A program made the position numbers and the translations under genes. A stretch of 64,000 nucleotides of DNA from Macrostomum hystrix. Its lineage: Eukaryota > Animalia > Platyhelminthes. The notes below the pieces were generated by a model, which worked only from the letters and a program-made list of their open reading frames with translations, was not told the DNA's origin and made no database searches. The stretch covers positions 19,158,001-19,222,000 of the forward strand of contig CATNEN010000001.1 of the NCBI GenBank assembly GCA_950097015.1. Direction: 5' to 3'. This document shows, piece after piece, positions 11,503 through 24,836 of the stretch. Within the stretch, counting starts at the first letter, position 1. Each line of letters opens with the position of its first letter.

Positions 11503-12504
11503 GGGGTAGCAGGGGCCATCAGATTAGCGAGTTTAAAAAATATGTTTATCCAGACGCAAATGTATTTTATCTTCAAGGGCAATAAATTTCGAAGGTCCCA
11601 GCGAAAAAAGTAAATTTCTATGTGCATCCGTTTAAAAAAGACATCGCTTAGAAAAGTGGCCTTTAATAAAATTTACAGTCTTTAAGTGTCGCGACCTTCT
11701 ACTCTAGTAGTCCTTGCAAATAACTACTAATTTTGACTACTAACTAAACTTTTCCGTTTAGCTTCCAGTGCAGATGCTGCTATATAGGGGTCCTTTGACT
11801 AAACCCTTCTCACACCGAGCCAAACTAACGGCCGTTTAATTTATCGATCCTTCCAAACCAAAAATATTTGTCAGTCATTTAACACCCACCCCATTCCCAA
11901 AACCCCATATTCGCGTGCGATTCGCTGTGATTCATTTAATGACACCCACCCCATTTCCCAAACCCCATAATCGCGTGTCCTCTCTGTCTTGAGGCTCCTG
12001 GCTTGCCTATTATGGTGTCCTGCATATCACACCATCTATTTAACACAAGACCAGAACAAAGACGCTCGTTCAGTCTCGACTCTCAAACTATTTTGTCATT
12101 AGATAGTGGACTTGTTGATTCTATTAAGAAAGAAAATTGTTTATCGAATCTAATAAACTTCAGTACATCTTTATTTTTATAACGTTGAGATTTGCAAAGA
12201 CTATCTGAGATTGAGAAAAACAGAATAACTCTGAGAAGAACATATTCTCATCGCATTCTCCCTAACTCTCCTCTTTATTAAAGACCAAGGAACAACTAAA
12301 CATCATTATTTCGTTTCTTTTATTAAAAATGGCTAATTTTGTTGACTATATTATTGACTATTTTCGTATTGTGGATTGTTCATATTGTTCATTGTTTAAT
12401 TCGGGCAGACAGGAGGGAGTGAGGGGCAGAGAGGAGAGAATTGAGATCATGGGATTAGAATTGAGATCATGGGATTGGAAAGGGGATCGTGGGATTGGAA
12501 AGTG

Positions 12505-12860
12505 GTCAGTGCCCTCCTTGCTAGAGAGGGGTCAGTGCCCTCCCTGCTAGAGGGGCCAGTTCCCTCCCTGCTAGAGTGATCAGTGCCCTCCCTGCTAGAG
12601 AGGGGTCAGTGCCCTCCCTGCTAGAGGGGCCAGTTCCCTCCCTGCTAGAGCGATCAGTGCCCTCCCTGCTAGAGCGGCCAGTTCCCTCCCTGTTAGAAGG
12701 GGTCAGTGCCCTCCCTGCTAGAGAGGGGTCAGTGCCCTCCCTGCTAGAGGGGCCAGTTCCCTCCCTGCTAGAGTGATCAGTGCCCTCCCTGCTAGAGGGG
12801 CCAGTGCCCTCCCTGCTAGAGGGGTCAGTGCCCCCATGTTATAGAGGGGACCAGTGCCCT
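12505..12860. repeat. ~21-25-bp minisatellite (CAGTGCCCTCCCTGCTAGAGGGG)
   Basis: About 15 tandem copies visible. Confidence 0.9.
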
Positions 12861-15208
12861 CAGGCAAGCAGGCAGGCAGGTAGGCAGACAGACAGGTAGA
12901 CAGACAGGACAGGATCAGATATCTACCCCATACTTTACTTGTATGGCTTACTAAATCTAGCCCAAATCTACCAAACCCAACCCCAACCCCACCCAATGCA
13001 GCCTCCTCTCCACTCCACCCTAGCTCTCCACCCTCTAAGCTTCTACTCTTCTACTTACACTTCCACTTCTTCCATGTGTTCATGAGCCATGACCCATGTG
13101 CTCAAATCTCTATCTGGCCTACAAGATAAAAATGGTTACCAACCCTGTCCTAATAGGTCAGTGTCCATAGATCTTATATTCCCTAGATAACCTACTCCCC
13201 ATTCAAGCAATGTGAAAAATGTGATCCCACTAAAAAACATTTAATAAACTTGACCATGTCCATGCTCACTCAGAGCTCAAGTTCAGTAGCTATGGGACAT
13301 AGGCAGTTATTTTTGTTTGGATGGCATTAAAAAGATGTAGCAGAAATTTATTTAGTTGCCAATGTTTCCTATCTGTGTGAGCTATGCTCAATAGCAAATA
13401 GATGGTGCCAGAGTATTAAACTCATGTAGCTGCTGTATGAGGAGCTGCGCCACCCAAGTGCCACAGGGCCACAGGGATCCTTTTCCCTTCCTCCAATTCC
13501 TATTCACTCATATTCCTATCCTTCTAGCCTACACAGAATTGTAGTCTATACTTTGACAGCACTTCATATGGCACCACAGAACATTAAATCAGCATTAGCA
13601 CTTGGCAATTTTTTTCAAGTCTCCTTTTGTTTCTTTGCATGGGGCTTAGGTATCTTTACTAGGCATACTCTTGCTATAAAATGCAACATGTAAAATGAAT
13701 ATTTACATAAAATACTGGCAATTTTCTCTCAAGCTACTGAGCTTAAACCAAATTAGAAATACATTGGGTCTAGGGGCACACAAAAGTCCCTAGAGTGCTA
13801 CATCTAGGTAATAAAGATCCATGGATTTGTCAATGATTAGAATAGTTCTAACGTGTTACATGACACTCATAAAACAAAGTCATACACAGTCATAGACAGT
13901 TAGGCCTACAGATGACAGATGTTAGACTTTGGTTCCAATTTTCTTATTTCTTCCCCTCATTTTATTAGATCTTTCTTTTAAAAGCACCATTCTTTTAAAT
14001 CTGTGACCTATGAAGTGGGTGCAAATTGGCAAGTATACCATACTGACCATACCATTTTTGGAATTGGATATACAATAGTCAATTAGTCTACTTTCGATTA
14101 CATATTCCACTAATTATCAATTCAATCATAGAATTAAGCCCTGCGGAATTTTTTAGGGGCAACACTAGTCCTTGATCCTAGGCTCCCAGCTCATAGATCC
14201 CATATCCCAGTAGTTGCTTGGAAATCTTAATAAGAATTTATATTCCTGGGTCCCAATTTCATTTAGAATAATTCATTGTTTCCATACAATTATGACAAGT
14301 TGCCAGCCAATAAGCTAGGCCTATGCATATAGACTAATAGACCCAATATACAGGTTTTTATTCTAATATTAAGACTTGTTAAGATAAGCATAAACTCTGT
14401 AGCCTATGTAAAAAAGGCTTGGATAGCTCACTATTTATAATACACTGAAACTTTATACTCTTAGAGGTCTACATTTTAATACATAAATGGAATGTGGGTG
14501 CATTCATTTAGTGATGATCATAGCAGGTCACATATTAGCTATGAGCCGAGCTGACAAGTTAGGACAGTGGCACTGGGTTGAGAGCAGTAGATTCATATTG
14601 TTTGAGTTAAACACTTTGAATGTGCAAGTCAAACATAAAACAAACAACAGACTCATACTACCTCCCCAAGCCTGTGATTAGCAGTAACACTTGTCCAGCT
14701 CTGCACATTACTTCGTATTGTATTCTGCTAAATTTCAATATTCTCCGCTTTCACATTATGCCTTGCTTTTATACTGTGAAACAAACTATTTATAACTTGA
14801 CGTACCCTTGTTCTCAAAGAAAATGACCGCGAAACGTTAATTTAAATGGTCCCTCATAACATACAGTGCAGAAACCATCTTTCCTAGAAAGCAAGTCGTT
14901 TCATAACGTAACTGTTGTTGCTCGGTCGTATAAAATCTCATTCGAATTATGACTTTCCAATGCTCATTTAAATGGGCCAACTTTTCTACAGAGCATGCTT
15001 TAGGACACATTATTGTTATTGCTTACTTATAAAAAACTTTCGCTCGGGGAAACTGTTAACTTTCATTGCCTCCCAATCATCATTCTAATTTTCGAAATTA
15101 TTCCTTTAATCCTACTTCTAAGTTGGAATTCTATTTTCCTAATTGAAATTTTCTTCTAATTTTAAATTTCATTTAAAGCATTTAATGCATTGTTGCAGAA
15201 TGGATGCT

Positions 15209-15258
<50 letters not shown>
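15209..15258. repeat. (GCC)n trinucleotide tract
   Basis: Direct inspection; would encode poly-Pro after an ATG at ~15200. Confidence 0.9.
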
Positions 15259-15259
<1 letters not shown>

Positions 15260-15907
15260 GTCGCTGCTGAACGGCGGCGCCTACGGCGGCTAAGATCTGG
15301 AAATATGCGAATCTGGAAGATATGAAATGGAAGTTATGGAAAGATAAGATAAGATTAGGAAGTTAAGATATGGAAATCTGGAAATTGTTGTAGCAGTAAT
15401 GACAGATATGACAGAAATGAATGATAGACAGCGTCTATTTTTGTGTCTAACAGAACTCGCCAACACAACTCGCTGTTCACGGATGCCGACTTTGAGAATG
15501 GCGGCGGCGCCAAATAAAAAGGAGCCTATTTTTGGATAATTGTGTTGCCTTCAATCTTCTTTCCTTTGCCATCACGGAGTCATTTTATCGCAGTACTTCA
15601 TTCACTTTGATTTGACATTATTAATACGTTGTGCTAAAGCCTGCACCATTCCAGGATTAACTTGTGTCTGATGGCAGCTGCTGACTCTTGTTGTGCGATT
15701 CTGCCTAGTGCACTAGCCACGTGGCTACCTCTCTTCGACCTGTGGTCTAGATCAGTGATGCGCCTGCATTTCCAGTAAGTTACTTGACATTTTCTAATGT
15801 GAATATGAATGAAGATCAAGTCCTGTTTTAATCTGTCCATCACTAGTCATTCTGAAATTCATTTGTCATTCTAAATCTGTCATTGTGGAATTCATTTCTG
15901 TTAGAAA

Positions 15908-16075
15908 TACCTGTTAGACCAAGAGCGTCATTTGTTAGGCCGACAGCGTCACTTGTTAGACAGAGAGCGTCACCTGTTAGACAAAGAGCGTCACCTGTTA
16001 GACAGAGAGCGTCACCTTTTAGACAGAGAGCGTCACCTGTTAGACAGAGAGCCTGTGATCACCTGTTCTGTTAGA
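15908..16075. repeat. 21-bp minisatellite (TCACCTGTTAGACAGAGAGCG)
   Basis: About 6-7 copies. Confidence 0.85.
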
Positions 16076-16165
16076 CACAGTGTTCACCTGTTCTGCTTGG
16101 CATGGTACCTGTTAAACATCAAGCCCGTACTCACCTGCACTACTCAAACAGGCCTACCGACACGT

Positions 16166-16474
16166 ATGGCCTTCATCAGACGCATCAACGGGCTCTCAAA
16201 CTTGGTTGTCAACTTGGACAATCCATCAGCTCCAGGCTTGTCCCGTCAGGACCTGCTACAGGAGCTGCTGCAGTCCAACCTGATCACGGAGCTGCGCTCG
16301 AAACCGGAGGTCAAGCGAATGGGCCTGGACGTCTGCTGCCTGGGTTGGCGGCTTCGGTGGCGGAGGCGGCGTCGCAGCAGAAGCGGCGGTGGCGCCACCG
16401 GCAGACGGAAGCAGGGCCAGGTGTCACCCGTGCTGCCGATATCGGATCCGCAGACCTGCCTCACCGACGCCTGA
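16166..16474 (+). CDS. Small GC-rich ORF (102 aa), unknown, possibly a captured exon
   Basis: MAFIRRINGLSNLVVNLDNPSAPGLSRQDLLQELLQSNLITELRSKPEVKRMGLDVCC...; coding-like GC3-rich composition, acceptor-like ACAG at ~16151. Confidence 0.35.
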   Translation: MAFIRRINGLSNLVVNLDNPSAPGLSRQDLLQELLQSNLITELRSKPEVKRMGLDVCCLGWRLRWRRRRRSRSGGGATGRRKQGQVSPVLPISDPQTCLTDA

Positions 16475-17131
16475 CTTGCGTGTTGAGAAAGTGCAAACCC
16501 TGGACTGACCTCAGTGAGACAGGTGGCAAGCTGTCTCGCAAGACTGAATCTTTCTCCTGTTGCGCCCGCTTTTGTATGTGCTCCTGCTTAATCTGTGCTA
16601 ATTATTGCTTCTCTGTGCTCATTATTGCTTATCTGTACTCATTATTGCTTCTCTGTGCTCATTCTTGTACTGCTGTGCTGCGATTCTGGCTACGACTCCA
16701 AGAAAAGGTTACGACTCTGTCAAAATCCTAATCGAACTGTTTACTACAAATCATTCATAATAGGGCTCATATACTTCAAAGCTCAAAGTGCTTTCTAAGA
16801 AAATGATTCACCGGTTTCATTGGCATCAATGAAACTGACAATCACACAAACGATTAGAATTTTAGCAGATATTTCGTCATTTTCAAGGCGAAAATGTTTC
16901 ATTTTTAATGCGTCATTGTACTTCGTCATATCATGTGGAATTGTGTTCTAGCTTTTTGCGTCATCATTTCAACCACTACGCTAATTCTTTTCTATGTAAT
17001 CCAACTCATTTTTGTAAGTAAACTTTAAAGTTTATCGCTAGTTATTTATTTCTTAAACAGCAGCACAAATCTTCATGCTGCAATAATAATTATTAAAAGT
17101 ATACTTTCGTTCATAAAAAATTCTCTTTTAT

Positions 17132-17365
17132 TTCTGTGAGACTACAAAAGTGACGTTGCACATTCTAGAAAATATGACATCTGTGTGTTCTGTGAGACTG
17201 CAAAAGTGACGTTTGCACATTCTAGAAAATATGACATCTGTGTGTTCTGTGAGACTGCAAAAGTGACGTTTGCACATTCTAGAAAATATGACATCTGTGT
17301 GTTCTGTGAGACTACAAAAGTGACGTTTGCACATTCTAGAAAATATGACATCTGTGTGTTCTGTG
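17132..17365. repeat. 57-bp tandem repeat, 4 copies
   Basis: TTCTGTGAGACT(A/G)CAAAAGTGACG... at 17132, 17188, 17245, 17302. Confidence 0.92.
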
Positions 17366-17986
17366 TGTACCCCAACATTTCTTTTATTTGGAGAGGCAAC
17401 TGAATTTGAAATTGAATACATAAGTGAATCCGCCAGGTGGATTCTACCAGGTGGAAAAATGCATCCATCAGAGTGGGACCAATGACAGTCTGACTCTCTC
17501 CTCTAACCATCGCTGCCACACCGTGACACCAGTGCTAAATGTAGTCGAAGCTGCACTATATGGCCTAATTAATATTAATATCTCGGGTTCATCTACTGAC
17601 AAACATATAAAGTACGGTACAGTAGTTGTACTGACTAGGTTAAGCCAGATACACACACATATTTATTGTATTGATATGGTCAGTGTTCGTTAAACTCTGA
17701 CTTACCTCATTATTGGCTTCGTAGCACCTCATTTTGCTCATAGATGAGTATATATATGTTCATGACGAATGGTTCCCTTTAATTTCCGTTTCTCTGAGGG
17801 ATGTCATATCCGTGTGACATTCACAAAATCGTGCTGTGCATCCACAAGCTACATGTATATATCTTATATATCTTATATATCTGCAGGGCTGGGGACTTGG
17901 GGGATCCCAGACAGACGGCCCAACCCAGTCGCACGCAAACCAAGCATGAGACACAAACAACAGCAGACAGTGGTGACAAGTGCATG

Positions 17987-20418
17987 CAAACGGCAATAGG
18001 TGCCCACAAGCTCGAGCCCCAGTTAAAGTTTATAACTCTGGCTACAATAGTAATAATTACGTAGTCTGTGTGCTGCGAAACAACAACAACAACAACAACA
18101 ATATACGCCAGGTCTCTCCATGGAAACTGGAGAAACTGGGGAAACTGGGAAACTGGCTGCGAAACGCATGCATTTAAGGCCAAGCGTGGCACCAATTGTT
18201 GGTTTCTTGAATTTTCCTAAACGGCAATAGGTGCCCACAAGCTCCAGTTCAAGTTTATAAATCGGGCTACAATAGTAATTAAGTATAGTCTTTGTAGTGC
18301 GAAAATCATGTAGTTGAAGCCAAGCGTGGCACCAATTGTTGGTTTCTTGAATTTTCCTAAACGGCAATAGGTGCCCACAAGCTCCAGTTCAAGTTTATAA
18401 ATCGGGCTACAATAGTAATTAAGTATAGTCTTTGTAGTGCGAAAATCATGTAGTTGAGGCCAAGCGTGGCACCAATTGTTGGTTTCTTGAATTTTCCTAA
18501 ACGGCAATAGGTGCCCACAAGCTCCAGTTCAAGTTTATAAATCTGGCTACAATAGTAATTAAGTATAGTCTTTGTAGTGCGAAAATCATGTAGTTGAGGC
18601 CAAGCGTGGCACTGCAATTGTTGGTTTCTTGAATTTTCCTAAACGGCAATAGGTGCCCACAAGCTCCAGTTCAAGTTTATAAATCGGGTTACAATAGTAA
18701 TTAAGTATAGTCTTTGTAGTGCGAAAATAATGTAGTTGAGGCCAAGCGTGGCACTGCAATTGTTGGTTTCTTGAATTTTCCTAAACGGCAATAGGTGCCC
18801 ACAAGCTCCAGTTCAAGTTTATAAATCGGGCTACAATAGTAATTAAGTATAGTCTTTGTAGTGCGAAAATCATGTAGTTGAGGCCAAGCGTGGCACCAAT
18901 TACTGGTTTCTTGAATTTTCCTAAACGGCAATAGGTGCCCACAAGCTCCAGTTCAAGTTTATAAATCGGGCTACAATAGTAATTAAGTATAGTCTTTGTA
19001 GTGCGAAAATCATGTAGTTGAGGCCAAGCGTGGCACCAATTACTGGTTTCTTGAATTTTACTAAACGGCAATAGGTGCCCACAAGCTCCAGTTCAAGTTT
19101 ATAAATCGGGCTACAATAGTAATTAAGTATAGTCTTTGTAGTGCGAAAATCATGTAGTTGAGGCCAAGCGTGGCACCAATTACTGGTTTCTTGAATTTTC
19201 CTAAACGGCAATAGGTGCCCACAAGCTCCAGTTCAAGTTTATAAATCTGGCTACAATAGTAATTCAGTATAGTCTTTGTAGTGCGAAAATCATGTAGTTG
19301 AGGCCAAGCGTGGCACTGCAATTGTTGGTTTCTTGAATTTTCCTAAACGGCAATAGGTGCCCACAAGCTCCAGTTCAAGTTTATAAATCGGGCTACAATA
19401 GTAATTAAGTATAGTCTTTGTAGTGCGAAAATCATGTAGTTGAGGCCAAGCGTGGCACTGCAATTGTTGGTTTCTTGAATTTTCCTAAACGGCAATAGGT
19501 GCCCACAAGCTCCAGTTCAAGTTTATAAATCTGGCTACAATAGTAATTAAGTATAGTCTTTGTAGTGCGAAAATCATGTAGTTGAGGTCAAGCGTGGCAC
19601 CAATTGTTGGTTTCTTGAATTTTCCTAAACGGCAATAGGTGCCCACAAGCTCCAGTTCAAGTTTATAAATCGGGCTACAATAGTAATTAAGTATAGTCTT
19701 TGTAGTGCGAAAATCATGTAGTTGAGGCCAAGCGTGGCACTGCAATTGTTGGTTTCTTGAATTTTCCTAAACGGCAATAGGTGCCCACAAGCTCCAGTTC
19801 AAGTTTATAAATCTGGCTACAATAGTAATTAAGTATAGTCTTTGTAGTGCGAAAATCATGTAGTTGAGGTCAAGCGTGGCACCAATTGTTGGTTTCTTGA
19901 ATTTTCCTAAACGGCAATAGGTGCCCACAAGCTCCAGTTCAAGTTTATAAATCGGGCTACAATAGTAATTAAGTATAGTCTTTGTAGTGCGAAAATCATG
20001 TAGTTGAGGTCAAGCGTGGCACCAATTGTTGGTTTCTTGAATTTTCCTAAACGGCAATAGGTGCCCACAAGCTCCAGTTCAAGTTTATAAATCGGGCTAC
20101 AATAGTAATTAAGTATAGTCTTTGTAGTGCGAAAATCATGTAGTTGAGGCCAAGCGTGGCACTGCAATTGTTGGTTTCTTGAATTTTCCTAAACGGCAAT
20201 AGGTGCCCACAAGCTCCAGTTCAAGTTTATAAATCGGGTTACAATAGTAATTAAGTATAGTCTTTGTAGTGCGAAAATCATGTAGTTGAGGCCAAGCGTG
20301 GCACTGCAATTGTTGGTTTCTTGAATTTTCCTAAACGGCAATAGGTGCCCACAAGCTCCAGTTCAAGTTTATAAATCTGGCTGCAATAGTAATAATTAAG
20401 TATAGTCTGTGTGATGCG
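17987..20418. repeat. 140/142-bp satellite, ~17 units
   Basis: AAACGGCAATAGGTGCCCACAAGCTC recurs at 18219, 18359, 18499, 18641, 18783, 18923 ... 20333, plus a divergent first unit at 17987. Confidence 0.96.
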
Positions 20419-20520
20419 ACGCCGCAGGCTTACTTATTGACCCCGGATTTCGACAGGGATCGCTTCTACGTCTATCCCAGAATACGGGGAATCAAATCCC
20501 ATCGAAATTCATCAAAGTTA

Positions 20521-20733
20521 ACTTTCTCCTCTCTGTGCCCTCACTTTCTCCACTCTGTGCCCTCACTTTCTCCTTTGTGCCCTCACTTTCTCCACTCTGT
20601 GCCCTCACTTTCTCCTCTGTGCCCTCACTTTCTCCTCTGTGCCCTCACTTTCTCCTCTGTGCCCTCACTCTCTCCTCTCTGTCACCCCACTCTCTCCTCT
20701 GTCACCTCACCCTCTTCTCTGTCACCTCACCCT
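20521..20733. repeat. 22-bp pyrimidine-rich minisatellite (CTCTGTGCCCTCACTTTCTC-)
   Basis: About 9 copies, decaying rightwards. Confidence 0.88.
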
Positions 20734-21100
20734 GTGATTCCAAGAAAGAAGTAATAATAATAACATAATAATAATTTTAGTCAGTATACCTTGCAGCAGG
20801 TCACCTATGCCGTGCCTGTGCGGCACAATTTTTGCCAATGAGATGCGCTGATATGTTTTGATAAATTAGCTTATGTATTTTCCCTGAAGATTGACACGGA
20901 AAAGAATTGGTGAAAAGTCCTAGTTAGACAGAAACATTAATTGAACAAAGTACAGACCCTCACGTAAAAACACATACAGTGCATGCACAGTGAGCATAAA
21001 GAAAGCAGGTATTAGAGTTTGATATTTTATCATTGTCAAACGCGTTCAGAACTTCAGAACTCTCTCCTCTCACTCCGCTGCTCGTTTGCAAGGGAGCACG

Positions 21101-21561
21101 ACCATTGAAGAAATTGCATGACTACCAGGGAAAACTGAATAATTTAGTCATCGGAACATATTCTGAACAGTTTGACTCTAGCTCTCCTCTGACCATCCAA
21201 GAAATTGCATGACTACCAGGGAAAACTGAATAATTTAGTCATCGGAACATATTCTGAACAGTTTGACTCTAGCTCTCCTCTGACCATTGAAGAAATTGCA
21301 TGACTACCAGGGAAAACTGAATAATTTAGTCATCGGAACATATTCTGAACAGTTTGACTCTAGCTCTCCTCTGACCATCCAAGAAATTGTATGACTACCA
21401 GGGAAAACTGAATAATTTAGTCATCGGAACATATTCTGAACAGTTTGACTCTAGCTCTCCTCTGACCATCCAAGAAATTGCATGACTACCAGGGAAAACT
21501 GAATAATTTAGTCATCGGAACATATTCTGAACAGTTTGACTCTAGCTCTCCTCTGACCATT
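21101..21561. repeat. 91-bp tandem repeat, 5 copies
   Basis: AAATTG(C/T)ATGACTACCAGGG at 21111, 21202, 21293, 21384, 21475. Confidence 0.95.
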
Positions 21562-21979
21562 GTTGCCACACCTGGGCTAAATTACTCTAGCTAAGTGTAA
21601 TGACTATAGGTAAGTCAAATACATGCACAAGTAGGATTGCAGGCAAGCAGACACGAAAGGTGTACACACGCATATGAGCATTCACACTTGTATGCATATG
21701 AACGCATATGAAGCAATTATGAAGTCAGATTGGCCGAGTTCGCATAACAACAAAACGCCTTGGACGACTGGAGGGAATTGAAAAATGACATTAGACAAGG
21801 CTAAAGGCGTAGAAGTGCGTAGCCACGTACCTTTAATTGTGCAAATAGTTATAAAAGCTAAAATATCGTTAGCAAGATGCTTCTTCAAAGATTGGTCACA
21901 ACGGTTGAAAGACCAGAAACACCGCCTAAAAAATTGTATGGATCGTCATTTCCATTGTGTTGAATGCTCGCGCACGTCA

Positions 21980-22513
21980 TCATGTTGACATCGCGCACGT
22001 CATCCTGTTGACATCAGAATTGTAGCTTAAAGCTGCAGCGGAGCGTTGATTACAACTGTAGTCTTGGGCCCCAGGCACCTGTGGATTTAAATCAACTGAA
22101 TGAGCACTCGTAGGTTGACCAGCTGCTGGAAGAGCCGGCGATATTTCGTTGGCAGGAGCTTTACCACCAACAGCGATGTTGCGTAGCTCGTCAATGAAAC
22201 TTAATGCAGCAAGGTTAGCAGCTTTGAAGTCCTCAGTCGTGATGATGATTCTATCGCCTCCTCTTCTCCCGCGATTGTGAATGAGCATGTGCATATCGAA
22301 TCCCGAAGTGATAGTAGAGCAATATGGACAGAGATAAAAAATAGGAGACAACTCCAGCTTATGTTGTAGGCGACAGTAGCGAAGGTTGGCGTCGATTCGC
22401 CTTTCAGATAGGTCCGGATGAGCTCCGCGGCAATGCTGTTTAAAACCTGATGCCCTGCCACTCTAGTGGCACTGAAGACACGTAATCGCGGCGTGAATGT
22501 TGGGAGGTGTCAT
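21980..22513 (-). pseudogene. Disrupted paralogue of the C2H2-like zinc-finger gene
   Basis: ATG at 22513: MTPPNIHAAITCLQCH*SGRASGFKQHCRGAHPDLSERRIDA...LCPYC...HMLIH. The TAG at 22463-22465 aligns with Trp of the intact paralogue. A 23-bp duplication near 21970-22014 shifts the C-terminal frame. Confidence 0.75.
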
Positions 22514-22785
22514 CAACTTTCAATGGAAGTGATGCTGGCCTGAAATTTATTCGAGATTGAAGTTTGAAACGTTGACAATTAAAGCTAGACCCTAAATGAA
22601 GGCGTGAACGCTAATATATAAACGCTAATAAGGACATTGATCTGCCATGCATATAATTGTATAAAGCAGGCAGTCTATTCTCAAATGTACATCTATCTCC
22701 ATTTGTCCTAGTTGTTCCCTGCACAGCCAACTAATGAGCAGAAAGAAAGCGCATCTAAAAAACAAGCAATTAAAAAACGAAAACG

Positions 22786-23232
22786 CGAAACACTGTTTAG
22801 GAGCCCCTCCATTTATTTGACAGACAATGAAACTGTGAGCTATATAATAATAATAAAACGGAATTGAACGGAAAAGCTGATAAATGAACGAATTTAATAG
22901 TGTCATTAGTCCCACGAATAAAAACAGCTAACGTAAGTACACTGCCAGTCCGCTGGATAGTGCAAACATGCACGGTAAGATTGGCAGCGCACGGTAATTA
23001 GCAGATTTTATTCGCGCTCAACGAGTCCGCCGCGAGAAGGCTGACACATGGGCTCATAGCGCTTTAAAACGTAGCGCTTCACAGCACATTGAATTGCATG
23101 TGCAAAGTGATCTGTAAATATTTTGCTAGTTGAATGAATTGTATCCAAAATTTGGCCTCACTGGTATTAATTTTAGCGTTCTTAAACTTAACGCTTCACA
23201 GCACCCACACAAAAGTAGGTGCAGAGTGACTT
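22786..23232. repeat. Non-coding module, copy 1 (upstream of the ZF pseudogene)
   Basis: Near-identical to 24202-24766, from GAAACACTGTTTAGGAGCCCC to CACAAAAGTAGGTGCAGAGTGACTT. Confidence 0.9.
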
Positions 23233-23310
23233 GCTGTAATTGGCTCTGTCGATATACCAATTTTTCCATGGGATAGGGGTGGTATGGTATTTTGTTCCAA
23301 CAGGAAGACC

Positions 23311-24045
23311 TCAGGTAGCAATTTTTATGGGAGACGAGGTGGGAATTTTCGGGTTATATCGGGTCAAGTTGGTAGCAGATTTACGCAAGACAATAGGCGG
23401 TAAGGGTTTGACGCAATAAGGGACTCTTGGAGGAATCACAAATGGTAATGGGTTTCGACAGATTTTAGCTGGAACTCGATGAGTTTCTGGCGTAGGTTTA
23501 GGACTTTTAGGAGCACCTTCAGAAGAGTTGCAGCGCTCTTCCTGCTGCTGCTGTTCTGCGGGAATTTTTGTTGACGCACTCGTCTCTTGGCTAGTTGCTG
23601 ATGTAATTTGTACCTCGCCGATATCCTTGTACATCTCAACCAGAATAGATAGCTGACTAGCAGCGAACTCAAGTTCCATGTATTGGAGTGGATGCTTTTC
23701 TTCTGTAGCAAGTTTGTGAAGTTCTGCTACACGCCGCGAACCTGATTCGCGTAATTTCAGGACAGCCGCACGACCCGCGAGGGCTTTGCGGCGGTATGTA
23801 GAGCCATATTCAGGTACGTGGCATCTCTTAAAATGCGCTCTTTGGTGAGAAATCAGAGCCCCGCATATCGGACAGAGACACACCGGCTTCGCTTTTGAAG
23901 TCGCCTTCGCGAAGTCAATCATCGCCTGAATCCTGTCATCCTCCAGAGCGGGGTGCCTTTTCTCGCAATGCCTCCAAAGCATGTAGGATCGACCAGTCCA
24001 ATTGGAACAGACAAGACAGGACACTTTCGCGTGTTTGTTGGGCAT
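23311..24045 (-). CDS. 244-aa protein with two C2H2-like zinc fingers and a disordered Pro/Ser/Thr tail; KDZ cargo
   Basis: CLVC-x11-HCEKRH and CPIC-x9-HFKRCH; ATG-to-stop intact. Confidence 0.75.
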   Translation of the reverse strand: MPNKHAKVSCLVCSNWTGRSYMLWRHCEKRHPALEDDRIQAMIDFAKATSKAKPVCLCPICGALISHQRAHFKRCHVPEYGSTYRRKALAGRAAVLKLRESGSRRVAELHKLATEEKHPLQYMELEFAASQLSILVEMYKDIGEVQITSATSQETSASTKIPAEQQQQEERCNSSEGAPKSPKPTPETHRVPAKICRNPLPFVIPPRVPYCVKPLPPIVLRKSATNLTRYNPKIPTSSPIKIAT

Positions 24046-24201
24046 GATGAGTTTTGTGTGTTTACAGTTTGAAGTTTAAAGTTTTTTTTAAGTTGCCTGC
24101 GTTTCGCTGAAATCGGTGACGTATATAGGCACAAGTATGTAAATGCTAAAAAAGGAAAACATGTTTATCAAGCACGGCAAGCAATGAAAAAATAAGAACG
24201 A

Positions 24202-24766
24202 GAAACACTGTTTAGGAGCCCCTCCATTTATTTGACAGACAATGAAACTGTGAGCTATATAATAATAATAAAACGGAATTGAACGGAAAAGCTGATAAAT
24301 GAACGAATTTAATAGTGTCATTAGTCCCACGAATAAAAACAGCTAACGTAAGTACACTGCCAGTCCGCTGGATAGTGCAAACATGCACGGTAAGATTGGC
24401 AGAGCACGGTAATTAGCAGATTTTATTCGCGCTCAACGAGTCCGCCGCGAGAAGGCTGACACATGGGCTCATAGCGCTTTAAAATGTAGCGCTTCACAGC
24501 ACATTGAATTGCATGTGCAAAGTGACCTGTAAATATTTTGCTAGTTGAAAGAAATATGTGTCCAAACTTTGGGCTTACTGGTATTAATTTTAGCGTTCTT
24601 AAACTTAACGCTTCACAGCACATTGTATTGCATGTGCAAAGTGACCTGCAAAAAATTTGCTAGTTGAAAGAAATGTGTCCAAATTTTGGGCTTAATGGTA
24701 TTAATTTTAGCGATCTTAAACTTAACGCTTCACAGCACCCACACAAAAGTAGGTGCAGAGTGACTT
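24202..24766. repeat. Non-coding module, copy 2 (between the KDZ stop and the ZF start), with an extra internal ~117-bp unit
   Basis: Matches 22786-23232; CGCTTCACAGCAC occurs three times here versus twice in copy 1. Confidence 0.9.
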
Positions 24767-24836
24767 TACAAGGCAGCGCTTGACTTCAATTAAAAACACA
24801 AGTAACGGTGGAATCATCAGTACACTGGTTGGATAC

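Noticed and set aside
17987-21561. 140-bp, 91-bp and 57-bp arrays as CRISPR arrays
   Set aside because: Whole units repeat with no unique spacers, no cas genes are present, and the context is eukaryotic.
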